63,641 nt of DNA, filler included, from Candidatus Omnitrophota bacterium (GCA_015233495.1; 3 parts of 3 records of this genome joined end to end with filler, not necessarily neighbours in it); one strand, 5' to 3'. Positions 18,841 to 29,130 are shown, counted from the first letter of the whole stretch. Program-made: numbers and translations. Notes: generated by a model not told the origin, from the sequence alone.

Positions 18841-19376
18841 TCGAGAAAATCCACGTTGAGGACAACATCTTCCGCGTCATTGATCCGTAAAATGACATTT
18901 TGTCCGTTGATCTGTTTAACCGTCATCTGTCCGGTAGGCCGATCGCCTTCTCGGACCGCGAAATTTTGTCCGTTGATATTCAAAATCGCTTCCCGGTAAT
19001 GCGCCGCTTGCTCTAAAAACACTAATTTGACATCCCACTTTTGATTGCCCATCGCCCAGAGACCGCTGTTCGCGACCGTGGTTTTGTTGTCTTTTTTCCA
19101 GCCATTGATTTCTTGCAGCATTTTTTCCCGCTCGGCCTGTAATCGGGTTTTCTCCAATTCAAAATTTAAGACATCGATCTCCCTCCGCTGTTCCCGTTTT
19201 TGCCGCAAAAATTCCTCCCGTTCACGGTCACTCATCCGTACCTCGCCGGAATTATCCACAGTTTGCACCGATTTTTCCACAGGTTGATTTGCCGACACGA
19301 TATTCCCGGTTCCCGCCGATGAAAATACCGGACAACTAGTTATTAACAGCAACACGACGCCTATTGTTTTTTTCAT
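18837..19376 (-). CDS. Exported pilus accessory protein (PilP-like position)
   Basis: Signal peptide, coiled coil, C-terminal beta domain (AILNING...VREGD...VKQI); directly upstream of the ATPase. Confidence 0.55.
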   Translation of the reverse strand: MKKTIGVVLLLITSCPVFSSAGTGNIVSANQPVEKSVQTVDNSGEVRMSDREREEFLRQKREQRREIDVLNFELEKTRLQAEREKMLQEINGWKKDNKTTVANSGLWAMGNQKWDVKLVFLEQAAHYREAILNINGQNFAVREGDRPTGQMTVKQINGQNVILRINDAEDVVLNVDFLE

Positions 19377-19394
19377 AGTCCCCCTCCCCCGCCA

Positions 19395-19889
19395 TTAAAT
19401 TCCATACAAAACCATTTTCACCAGCCAGTTATCTTCTTGGCGCGTCACGCGTTGTATCGAAACATCATTCGCCCGTTCCAGCGCGCTCAAACCATCCAGT
19501 AAAAGCGCGGCTTCCTCCTCAGTGAACCGCTGGGTCAAAGATATTTCCATCTCGCATTTTTTAATTCCGAAAAAATCGCTCGACATAAAACTTGTGTCGA
19601 CCGGCGCATTGTTTCCCAAACCCAAAATTTTTATAACAAACGGCGCGTGATTCGCCGCGCCCAGCGCGTTAACCTCGGTGATCACCCGGCTAAAAACCGC
19701 TGCTAAAGGCTGCGGCGCCAGGGTTTTAAACTGCGCTAAACAATCCCGTTCCCGCTCTGCGTCCCGGGCCGCTTGTTCCGCCTCCCGGATTTGCTGGCGC
19801 AGGGCGGCCCGCTGTTTATTCAGCGGAATCATTTGCGCCAGGACAATACCGGCGATCACCAATGACAAAAAAATGCTCAACTTCCTCAT
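19395..19889 (-). CDS. Bitopic pilus alignment protein (PilO/GspM-like)
   Basis: N-terminal TM, coiled coil, alpha/beta C-terminal domain; operon position. Confidence 0.5.
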   Translation of the reverse strand: MRKLSIFLSLVIAGIVLAQMIPLNKQRAALRQQIREAEQAARDAERERDCLAQFKTLAPQPLAAVFSRVITEVNALGAANHAPFVIKILGLGNNAPVDTSFMSSDFFGIKKCEMEISLTQRFTEEEAALLLDGLSALERANDVSIQRVTRQEDNWLVKMVLYGI

Positions 19890-21094
19890 GCCCCGCTCCG
19901 CGCCATAAATCGCAGCCGCTTGCCCGGCCGGTCACCGATAAAAATATTCTCTATTTGCGTTTCGGCAAACGCGTCAAGCGGGATGTCATCAAAACTTTCA
20001 CCCCCCTCGGTTCGCAATTTCAAATCAACTTCCCACAACAGACCTTGGCTTTGTTTTTCCCAACGCAAAGCGCTGACCGCGTAAGACGGCGGCAAAATTT
20101 CGCAGATCTTTAAATAAGTTATGCCATAAGAACACCGGTTGGCCGCCTGGATCGCGCCGCGATACTTTGCCGCAGTAACCTCGCGCAAAACCGTAACGCG
20201 GCGGTCGCGGTTTTTTTCCGCCGCGGCCAAACGATTTGCGGTCGCGCTTAACCCCAAGCGAAACAACAAGTTTGCCGTAATCGCGGCTAACAAAATCCCC
20301 GCTGACCAAAACCCCGCGATCAGCCGGCCGCGCCATGCTTTTTCCTGCTGCATTTTCAGCACTTGTTCCGGCAGACAAAAATGCATGCTAAATTGCGTTC
20401 CCAGAACTTCGTCCGCGGCATAATTTTCTGCCGATAAAACCACGACATTTTCCCGCGCTGCCAAATGTTCCCGAATCAAAATTTCCGCCAATTCCCGCGA
20501 AGCCGTCACGTACCGTAAAGGTTGGTTCTGCGGCGCGAAATTCTTATGCCAGGCGAAATAACTTTTTGCTGTGCGGGTGATTTCCACGCTCAAAGAACAG
20601 GGATCTTGATCCGGCAACCGGCGTGTTTTGGTGAAAATATTTCCCCAAAAAAAGGTCAAATATATTTCATCTCCCAAAGAGTCCAGATACAAAACAATCT
20701 CCTGATCATTGATCGCCTCCCGCCGTTTAAGCAAACTGCGGACCGTTAATCCGTAAGGAACAACCGCGGCAACCCGACTAAAACCGACATTCGCGTAAAT
20801 ATCCCGCAAAATTTCTTTTTTTACTCCGACCACCTGAAATAGATTCGCAGCTATCCGTTCGTATTGAATCACATATTCATCGCTGAACTGCTGCGCGAAT
20901 CCTTCCGACAGCATATGGTCAATCCGTTCCGGGCTGTCCTCCGGTGCCGGGAGTTGACAAACTTCGATCTCGACGACCGAAATCAAAGCTCTAGCGCTTT
21001 CCGGGAGAATATCTCCAAGTTTTTCTTTATCCACGCGGCAAAACTGTCCGCCGGCAGAGACAAACATATGGCTATTGAAAATAAGGCGGGTCAT
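19886..21094 (-). CDS. GspL-like (PilM/PilN-type) alignment protein
   Basis: About 255-aa soluble domain, single TM, coiled coil, periplasmic domain; follows the secretin. Confidence 0.5.
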   Translation of the reverse strand: MTRLIFNSHMFVSAGGQFCRVDKEKLGDILPESARALISVVEIEVCQLPAPEDSPERIDHMLSEGFAQQFSDEYVIQYERIAANLFQVVGVKKEILRDIYANVGFSRVAAVVPYGLTVRSLLKRREAINDQEIVLYLDSLGDEIYLTFFWGNIFTKTRRLPDQDPCSLSVEITRTAKSYFAWHKNFAPQNQPLRYVTASRELAEILIREHLAARENVVVLSAENYAADEVLGTQFSMHFCLPEQVLKMQQEKAWRGRLIAGFWSAGILLAAITANLLFRLGLSATANRLAAAEKNRDRRVTVLREVTAAKYRGAIQAANRCSYGITYLKICEILPPSYAVSALRWEKQSQGLLWEVDLKLRTEGGESFDDIPLDAFAETQIENIFIGDRPGKRLRFMARSGA

Positions 21095-21096
21095 AT

Positions 21097-22944
21097 TTAT
21101 TCCACAACGGGTTTAGGCGTAATGATGATCACCAATTCGGTTTTATTGTTTTTCGTCACCTCATACCGAAACAAACTTCCAAAAATCGGAACAGCGGAAA
21201 TTAACGGCACTCCCCGGCGGGTCCGCTGTTCGGTCGTGCTGATCAACCCGCCAATGATCAAACTCTCGTTCTCGCCTACCCCGACATTGGTGACTATGCT
21301 TTTGGTGCTCACCTGCGGCGTCTGAATTGTCACATTGCCGGATTTGACGTTATCAATCGCGTCAATGGTCGTAACCACCGCGGAAAGATTCAAAACGCTT
21401 TTCTCGTTTTTGGACCCGATCCGCGCGTTGATCCGCATGGTTAAACCTTCATGCACCTGATTGGTTTTCACCGTCGTTGAGGTCGTATTATCATTAAACG
21501 TCTGGCCGCTCTCGGAAATATAGGTTTTGCTCTTGCCCTCTTGGATCACGCTGGTATAAAGATTGCTGGCGGTCAAAGTCGGCCGGGAAATCACCTTGAC
21601 TTTTCCCATTTCCGCCAAAGCCTTGATCACCGCGTCCACGCCGCCCGAAGTCGTGCCGCTATCCGCATTTTTACCGACTGAATTGAGGGTGAACATTTTC
21701 CCGCCGTTAAACCCGGAAGCCGCAAAATTCGTCACCGCGGAAATATGATTTAACCCGCCAAAATTTTTTGCCAAAGCGGTCCAGTCTACGCCCATCTCAT
21801 ACTCGTCGGTCAAAGCGACTTCAATAATCTGGATCTCAAAAGTCTGTTGACGCGTGATATTTTTTGCCAATTGATCCATGAATTTTCCCACCCGGTCCAA
21901 AACGCCGGGCAAATCCTTGACCACCACCACGCCGCTGGACGGATTTAACGTGTACACGCCGGTCGGCGACACCATTTTTTTCAGGTTATCTTCCAAATCC
22001 GCCCAGACTGACACGGGTTTGGTTTTGCTTTCCACGAAAATTTTGGTCCCGACTTTGACGTCTTGTCCCTGGCTATCCGGATTGTTCCCCCCGCCGGTGT
22101 TTTTCTGCCCGGCCTCAATAAAGGATTCATTCGACGTCGTATCGTCAAAAGAATGGGCAATGTCCGGCACCGGCACTTCATAAATCCGGGTTTCCGACGA
22201 GAGAATGACAATGTCTCCGTTATTCAGTTTGAACCCAAAAGCCAAAGGGTAAAGCAGGGTTTTTAACGCGCGCCAAATTTCCATATCCGTGACGTTCAAA
22301 GACGCCCGGGTATCGTCGATTTCTTTATTGGAAATCAAGTTGTAACCGGTCGCTTTTTCCATAGCGTTGAAATACACCTTCAACGGCAGACGGCAGCCCT
22401 TTAAAGTGATCTTTTGGTTGAGTTCCGCAGGCAGTGAGCGGAAAATATCCGTGTCCTCCGGCGTAACTTTTTTAAGGGGAGAGTCTAAAGACGTTTGTTC
22501 TTTAACAGCGCGCGGCGGGTTGACACCCATCTCCGGAGGATTGCGGTCGCTAAAGGTAACGACGGCATTTTTAATCTCCGGACCGTTTTTAAGCAAAGTG
22601 AGCACCACTTTGGCGTCGCGCTCGGTTTCCGGCCCAATCTTCAGCTTGACCGCGTAATTCTCTCCGGAAGCGCCGATCACAATGACTTGCGCGTCTTTAT
22701 CCGCAAAAGGCATCACCAATAACGAATCCGCAGTGCCTTGCCGGAATTCATAATCTCGCGTTTCCGCCAGCCGCATCACTTTCAGAATTTTTTCCGGAAA
22801 TACCACAGTGGTTAAACAGCGCAAAGCGGTTTTAACCGTAATATCCTGCCCAGTGTAAATCACCCGCTGGGTCGCGGCCTCGCATCTCCCGGCGAGCAAA
22901 GCTCCAGCCAGCGCGCTTCCTATTATAAGGACATTCGATTTCAT
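21097..22944 (-). CDS. Outer-membrane secretin (PilN/MshL/GspD-like) with an extra N-terminal domain
   Basis: Signal peptide; W.DLEDNL, GVVVVKD, IIEV.L...GVDW, ISRP, LIIGGLI, GVPLISAVPIFGSLF, TELVIIITP. Confidence 0.93.
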   Translation of the reverse strand: MKSNVLIIGSALAGALLAGRCEAATQRVIYTGQDITVKTALRCLTTVVFPEKILKVMRLAETRDYEFRQGTADSLLVMPFADKDAQVIVIGASGENYAVKLKIGPETERDAKVVLTLLKNGPEIKNAVVTFSDRNPPEMGVNPPRAVKEQTSLDSPLKKVTPEDTDIFRSLPAELNQKITLKGCRLPLKVYFNAMEKATGYNLISNKEIDDTRASLNVTDMEIWRALKTLLYPLAFGFKLNNGDIVILSSETRIYEVPVPDIAHSFDDTTSNESFIEAGQKNTGGGNNPDSQGQDVKVGTKIFVESKTKPVSVWADLEDNLKKMVSPTGVYTLNPSSGVVVVKDLPGVLDRVGKFMDQLAKNITRQQTFEIQIIEVALTDEYEMGVDWTALAKNFGGLNHISAVTNFAASGFNGGKMFTLNSVGKNADSGTTSGGVDAVIKALAEMGKVKVISRPTLTASNLYTSVIQEGKSKTYISESGQTFNDNTTSTTVKTNQVHEGLTMRINARIGSKNEKSVLNLSAVVTTIDAIDNVKSGNVTIQTPQVSTKSIVTNVGVGENESLIIGGLISTTEQRTRRGVPLISAVPIFGSLFRYEVTKNNKTELVIIITPKPVVE

Positions 22945-23237
22945 ATTTTTCCTCGCTGCTTTTAATTAAAACGGGAAAATGACGCGGCCACCCGCACCAA
23001 ATCAAAACCTGCCCCTTGCCGACAACTTCGGCCCGCTCAACTCCACCCCTCCGCACAAAGGAGACGCGCGTCGCTTTTCCGCGTTTGGATCACGGACATT
23101 ATTGATCTTGTTAGTTAAAACTATTTGAACTCATGGGAGATGGTATTTCCGGGAGAGGGACATCACCTAAAACAACGGACGCCGAAAACGATGGGGAAGG
23201 GAATTGCTTTGGCGTCTTGCCCCCCAGGGTTAAAAGC

Positions 23238-23266
23238 AGTTTATCATTTTATTGTAATATTGTCAA
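23238..23266 (-). promoter_or_regulatory. Sigma70 promoter of the pilus/T4SS operon
   Basis: TTGACA-17 nt-TAAACT with extended TGn, about 290 nt upstream of the secretin ATG. Confidence 0.7.
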
Positions 23267-23334
23267 TAATTATTTAACCAAAAATAACGATTTTTCCCAA
23301 CGGACAAAAAAACTATTTGATTAAATCTGAAAAA

Positions 23335-23465
23335 TTAAAAGGGAACGGTCAATAGATCCTTACCCCCTTGATTCATAAGAACATGCTTCATGCGAAGCAA
23401 TTTATCGAGATCAACAGGTGGTACCAAGAGCAGTTGTTGATTTAAGTCAGGTTTCTTTTCAAGAG
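23335..23465 (-). mobile_element. Probable IS end carrying the last codons of a transposase; cut by the contig end
   Basis: Open frame LEKKPDLNQQLLLVPPVDLDKLLRMKHVLMNQGGKDLLTVPF* reads through a 17-mer that recurs near the end of contig B. Confidence 0.45.
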
Positions 23466-23565
23466 NNNNNNNNNNNNNNNNNNNNNNNNNNNNNNNNNNN
23501 NNNNNNNNNTTAATTAATTAANNNNNNNNNNNNNNNNNNNNNNNNNNNNNNNNNNNNNNNNNNNN
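23466..23565. other. Artificial contig linker
   Basis: 44 N + TTAATTAATTAA (stops in all six frames) + 44 N. Confidence 0.98.
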
Positions 23566-23972
23566 CTGGCGCGTTTATGGCGCTTTATTTACGGCACAGC
23601 TCCATCAATCTTTACAGCATGATCGGTTTGATTCTGCTTATGGGCATAGTCAAGAAAAATTCCATTCTGCTAGTCGATTTTACCAATGAATGCCGCAAAA
23701 AAGGCCTGGGCGTGAAAGAGGCGCTGTTGGAAGCCTGCCCGGTGCGTTTGCGGCCGATTTTGATGACTTCAATTGCCACAGTCGCGGCTGCTTTGCCGCT
23801 GTCTTTTGCTATCGGCCCCGGTTCGGAAGTCATGGTTCCCATGGCGGTATCCATTGTCGGCGGTGTCACGGTTTCCACATTCCTCACCCTTTTCGTAGTT
23901 CCTTGCGCCTATGAAGTTTTCGCCAAGCTGGAACATAAGACCTATCTGCCGGATGAGGAAGAAAAAGCATAA
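23566..23972 (+). CDS. C-terminal part of the AcrB-family RND transporter, displaced and inverted in the assembly
   Basis: GIVKKNSILLVDF...ACPVRLRPILMT...GGVTVSTFLTLFVVP; first 101 bp are the exact reverse complement of 24973-25073. Confidence 0.9.
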
Positions 23973-23985
23973 AGGGAGGTTTGTC

Positions 23986-24717
23986 ATGCCGGAATTAAAA
24001 TTAGCGGAAGGCCTGCGTATGCATATTCAGGCTTTTGTGGCAGATCTGCAACAGCTTTACCAGGACGATTTGGTTGCCGTTAGTCTTTATGGGAGCGCGG
24101 CAAGCGGCGAGTTGAGCCCGGCGCATTCGAACGTTAATATTTTGGTTGTTCTGCGCAACACGGATATAGCGACGCTGGAAAAGGCGCGAAAAATCACTCT
24201 GGGATTGACGAAACGCCGGATTGAACCATTGTTTTTAAGTCAGCCAGCTATGTTGGATTCCTGTGACGTATTTCCGATTGAATTTATGGATATGCGGGAG
24301 AATCATATCTGTTTGCACGGCCCGGATGTTTTGGCGGAATTAAAAATCGATCTTAAGCATTTGCGGTTTCAATGCGAGCAGGAATTGCGGTCAAAATCGA
24401 TTCTCTTAAAACAGCAATATTTGCGGATTGATTCACGGGATAGAAAAATATTAGCCAAATTATTATTTCAAAGCCTAACCTCGGTTGGACATTTATTGCG
24501 GAATCTTCTTAGGCTCAAAGGCCAGGGACCGGTTTACGCGAAAGAAGAAGTGTTTCGGCAAGCGGCCGCGGACTTTAAGGTCGACTCCGGGGTGTTTCTT
24601 AAAATTTTAGCAGCCAAACAAAGCGCCGCTCCGCTGAAAGCGGATGTCCTGCGGGCTTTATTCGCGGATTACGTCCGGGAATTAGATAAAATCATTGAAA
24701 GCGTGGATAAACTTTAA
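23986..24717 (+). CDS. Nucleotidyltransferase-fold protein
   Basis: LVAVSLYGSAASG...SNVNILVVL, DVFPIEF, LRFQCEQELR; GGAGG RBS. Confidence 0.8.
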   Translation: MPELKLAEGLRMHIQAFVADLQQLYQDDLVAVSLYGSAASGELSPAHSNVNILVVLRNTDIATLEKARKITLGLTKRRIEPLFLSQPAMLDSCDVFPIEFMDMRENHICLHGPDVLAELKIDLKHLRFQCEQELRSKSILLKQQYLRIDSRDRKILAKLLFQSLTSVGHLLRNLLRLKGQGPVYAKEEVFRQAAADFKVDSGVFLKILAAKQSAAPLKADVLRALFADYVRELDKIIESVDKL

Positions 24718-24972
24718 TGCGGATTTTACGGCGGGTATTTTTACTTGGTTTTTTTCTGCTGGTTTTCTTTGCCCGGGTTTATGGCGAAGATATTCCTGCC
24801 CCTTCGGGTTTTGTGAATGATTTTGCCGGCGTGATTTCCGCGGAGTATAAGGAAAAAATCGATGCCCTGATCGACGAGCTGGAACAAAAAACCTCCGCTG
24901 AAATCGCGGTAGTCACGCGGACAACGATCGCCCCTTATGGCGAGAATGATTACAGCCAAATGCTGTTTGACA
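24717..24972 (+). CDS. TPM-domain (YgcG-like) protein, truncated at the inversion junction
   Basis: Signal peptide, GFVNDFAGVI, LEQKTSAEIAVVT, LFDKW. Confidence 0.85.
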
Positions 24973-27768
24973 AATGGAATTTTTCTTGACTATGCCCATA
25001 AGCAGAATCAAACCGATCATGCTGTAAAGATTGATGGAGCTGTGCCGTAAATAAAGCGCCATAAACGCGCCAGTAATACTAAACGGCAAAGCCAAAAGCA
25101 CGGTAAAGGGATGGACAAAACTGTTGAATTGGGTTGCCAAAACCATATATGCCACAAATATCCCCAACACCAAAGTAAAGATCAGCCCTTTAAACGAATC
25201 CTGAAAAGCCTGCGATCCGCCGGAGAAAACTATATGATAGTCACCCGGTAAAACTTCTTTGGCGATTTTCGCGACCGCGTCCAAAGCCTCCTGCTGAGAA
25301 TGTCCTGTCGCCGGATTCGCGAAAATCCCGATCGCCCGCTCCCGGCTCTTGCGCGTTACGGAAGACAAACTCGGCTTTTGTTCCGTGGTAACGACTTCCG
25401 ATAAAGGCAGAACTTCTCCATATTGGTTGCGCACATAAATATTTTGCACATCATCCGGACTATTGCGGTCCGTGTCCACCAACCGCACCCGCACGTCATA
25501 GCGTTTGCCGTCGCGGGTAAACTTGCCGCTGCGCACCCCGCCGATCATGCTGTTGATTGTGTCCGCGATGGAAGCAATGCTGACCCCGCGCTCTGCCGCC
25601 TTTTTCCGGTCGGGATGAATCTGCAGTTCCGGCATCCCAAGCAGATAATCGGTGTCAATGTCGGTCATCAGATTAGAATCTTTCATCCGTTTCATGATTT
25701 CCTGGCTGTACTGCGCCAATTTATCCCAACTCGGCCCCTGCACAGCGAGCTCAATCGGAAAACCGCGTTTCGCGGTAAACGCGGACAAAGATAAATCCTG
25801 AATCACCGCTTTATCCACGCCAGGCACTTTCTGGATCTCCTTGCGCATGATTTGCATGAATTCCTGCTGGGTCATACGATGGCCTTTATAGAGCGGACGC
25901 TGATCTTTGGGCTTCATGGTAATAAAAAGCATACCCCGGTTGACCTGCCCGCCAGTACCGCCGCCGCCCACCGCGCTAAAAAGATTCGACACCTCCGGTC
26001 TTTTCATCACGATCGCTTCCGCTTGTTTATAAACGCTGTCCGTTGACTCGATCGAAGATCCTAAAGGCGTCATCAAACGGATCATAAAACGGCTCTGATC
26101 CTGAGACGGAACAAATTCTTTCGTTAAAAATTTCGACAGCGATAAAGACGCGATAAAAATCATCACCGCGAGAAACAAAACCGTTTTTGGAAAACGCAAT
26201 AAAAAGCTCAAAGATAACCGATAGCTCTCCCGCAGCCATTTCATAAAATCATCCACTACCCGGCCTAACCGCGTGGTATGCCCAACGTCCAAAAACTGCG
26301 AACAACGCATCGGCGCGATGGTCAACGCTTCCAATAGAGAAAAGATGACCGCTACGGAAATCGTCACCCCGAATTGATAAAAGAATTTCCCGACAATGCC
26401 TTCCATGAAAATGACCGGCACAAATATCGCCAGGATCGCGATCGACGCGGCCAAAGCGGCAAAGGTAATCTGCCGGGCGCCGACTATCGCCGCGTTGCGG
26501 CGGTTCAAGCCGTTTTCCTGATAACGGGAAATATTTTCCAAGACCATGATCGCGTCGTCGACAATGATGCCGATGACTAAGGAAAGTCCCAGCATGGTGA
26601 AGGTATTGATCGTAAACCCGAGGAAATACAGCACGATAAACGCGCCCATTACCGAAGTGGGAATGGCGAGCAAGACATTTAAGGTGGCGGTCCAGGAACC
26701 GAGAAAAAAGAAACAAACCAACGAAGTCAAAAGTATAGACAACATCAAATTGAATTTCAACTCATTCACCGAATCGCGGATAAAAACCGTGGAATCAAAA
26801 ACCACCTTCAACTGCGTTCCGGGCAATAACCGGCCCTGCAATTCTTTCATCCGTTTTTGCACCGCGTCTGCCACTGCGACCGCGTTGGACCCGCGCTGCT
26901 TGATAATGCCCATGCCGATCGCCGGCTGGCCCCAAGTCCGGGCAATACGGCGAATGTCCGCCAAACCGTCTTCAATCGCCGCCACGTCGCCGAGCCGCAA
27001 GGTGTTCCACACCGGGCCGCCGCGCACCCGCTGGGGGATAATAATACCGCTAAATTCTTCCGGCGTGGACGCTTCGCCATAAACCCGCACATTAATTTCT
27101 TTTTTTCCCGTATCAATATACCCGGCCGGTTGATCCGTGTGCTGCTCGCCAATCGTGTTTAAAACATCCTCGACGGTCAGCTCTTTCTCCCGCATTTTTT
27201 TCGAATCCAGCCAAACCCGCAAATTGGGGTCGACGAAACCGCCCAACTGAATATTTCCTACCCCGGAAATCGAGGTAAATTGATCTTTAAGCGTATCATT
27301 AACATACCGGGTCAAATCAACCATGGACCGGTCGCCGGAAATCGTGATCCACATGATCGGCTGGTCTTCCGGGTTGGTTTTGGTAACCACCGGAGGATCG
27401 ATATCCCGGGGCAGATTACGCTGGGCTTGGGCAATCTTGGTCTGCACATCCTGAAGCGCGGCATCAATATTGCGGTTAAGATTGAACTCAATGGTGACTT
27501 GACTCTGACCCTGTCTTGATTCGGAAGAAACGTCTTTTATTCCCTCCACGCTCATGACCGCGTCTTCAATAATATCCGTAACTTCGGTTTCCATGACTTC
27601 CGGCGCCGCGCCTTCCCAACTGATAGCAACGGAAACCACCGGAAAATCCACATCCGGCATCTGACTCACGCCCAGACGCGAAAAACCGATCCAACCGAAA
27701 ACGATGATGCCAATCATCAGCATCCAGGCGAAGACGGGGTTTTTGATAGAGATGTCTGATAAGGTCAT
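24973..27768 (-). CDS. AcrB/AcrD/AcrF-family RND permease (C-terminus at 23667-23972)
   Basis: SIKNPVFA, PDVDFPVV, GAAPEVME, GIIVDDAIMVLENI, QFNSFVHPFTVL. Confidence 0.95.
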
Positions 27769-27825
27769 GTTGTTTCAAATGACAAAACGCAAAGCGCAAA
27801 ATTTTGTCATTTGTCATTCCTTCCT

Positions 27826-29130
27826 TTATTCTTCTCCGGCGGCCGTTAACAGTTGGCGGTAAAATCTTTTGCTTTCATACGTGGTGTGAATATAACTGCG
27901 CCGGGCAGTCTCCAAACTCTGGATAGCGTCGAGCACCGTGAGATTATTCACCAGATTGTATTTATAATCCTGCAATTGCAGGCTGTAATTTTCTTCCGCA
28001 GCGGCTAATGCCTTTGCCAAAGCCTGGTTCCGGCCCAAATCCGCTTGCACATTCGCGTAAGCAGTCTGGATATCCTGAACGGCTTGCCGTTTAGCCCGCA
28101 GCCAGAGCCATTCATTCTGCTTGGCAACGGACTGGGCCTGGCGCACTTCGCCATAAACTGTCGTGCCTTCAAAAATCGGGACATCGATCGTTAATAAAGC
28201 GGTCCAATCATTGTTTTGCGGAGCCGTAGAACGATGTAGAAAATAATCAACTTCCCCGCTTACTTTCGGAAAATACCCGCTTTGCGCCACAGTCACCAAT
28301 TTCCGCTGGGCCTGCCAAGCATAACGCGCCGCCCGGACATCCGAGCGTTTTTCCGCCTTGGCTAAATATTCTTTTTCTGTCTTAAGTTGAAAATCAATGT
28401 CCGTATCCACAATATCCTTAACCGGTTTGCCGATCAAAAATTCCAAAAGCTGCCTGGCAATCACTTCCTGGCTCTTCCCGGTTTCTATATCCGCTTCAAT
28501 ATTATAAACCTGCACTTGGACATTAACCACTTCGCTGTGCCGGGACTTGCCGATATTCTCCCGCTGCTGCAGATCCTTAACCCGTTCTTCCAGACTTTGA
28601 TGAATCGAACGCAAAACCCCCAGATCTTCCCGAATTTCCAAGAGCAAATAAAACGCGTCCGCCACATCCGTATAAAGCAATTGTTCCGCGCGTTGCTTTT
28701 CCCAGGACAATTGCTGGCCCTGTAATCGGCTGGCTGACATGGCCGCGAATTCTTTGAACCCGGAAAACAACGTTTGCGTGAAGACAAATTCCTGGTCGAG
28801 CGCATGCCGGGAATCGGCAGAGCTTTCCGCTTCTTGCCGGCTGTCCGTGCGGACAAAAGACACCTGCGGCAATATCAAGCCCAGACTTTGGGCGAACCGG
28901 GCTTGGGCTTCTTTGATTTTCTCGGCGTCGATCGCGATGATTTCACTTTGCTTTAACGCAAGTTGATAACAATTCCGCAAGGTCAATGCTCCGGCGGCAA
29001 TCCGCGCCACTGTCACAATTCTCGCAGCAGAATGCTGATTCGCTTCCTGGGCAAAGGCGATTCTGGGGATTGAAAAAACCAACAATCCTAAAATGATCGG
29101 AAAATAGCTATTTTTCATTCGTGTATTCAT
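27826..29130 (-). CDS. TolC-family outer-membrane efflux protein
   Basis: Signal peptide; two OEP repeats (LPQVSF, QTLFSGF, RSDV, SGYFP, VPIFEG). Confidence 0.9.
   Translation of the reverse strand: MNTRMKNSYFPIILGLLVFSIPRIAFAQEANQHSAARIVTVARIAAGALTLRNCYQLALKQSEIIAIDAEKIKEAQARFAQSLGLILPQVSFVRTDSRQEAESSADSRHALDQEFVFTQTLFSGFKEFAAMSASRLQGQQLSWEKQRAEQLLYTDVADAFYLLLEIREDLGVLRSIHQSLEERVKDLQQRENIGKSRHSEVVNVQVQVYNIEADIETGKSQEVIARQLLEFLIGKPVKDIVDTDIDFQLKTEKEYLAKAEKRSDVRAARYAWQAQRKLVTVAQSGYFPKVSGEVDYFLHRSTAPQNNDWTALLTIDVPIFEGTTVYGEVRQAQSVAKQNEWLWLRAKRQAVQDIQTAYANVQADLGRNQALAKALAAAEENYSLQLQDYKYNLVNNLTVLDAIQSLETARRSYIHTTYESKRFYRQLLTAAGEE

Noticed and set aside
23170..23230. GGCAAGACGCCAAAGC on the minus strand resembling a c-di-GMP-I riboswitch
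   Set aside because: It lacks the P2 stem with GNRA loop between GGCAAA and GACGCAAAGC, so the motif spacing does not fit.
23466..23565. TTAATTAATTAA palindrome inside N runs (also 45850-45949)
   Set aside because: Synthetic six-frame stop linker of fixed 100-bp length; not biological, and adjacency across it is meaningless.
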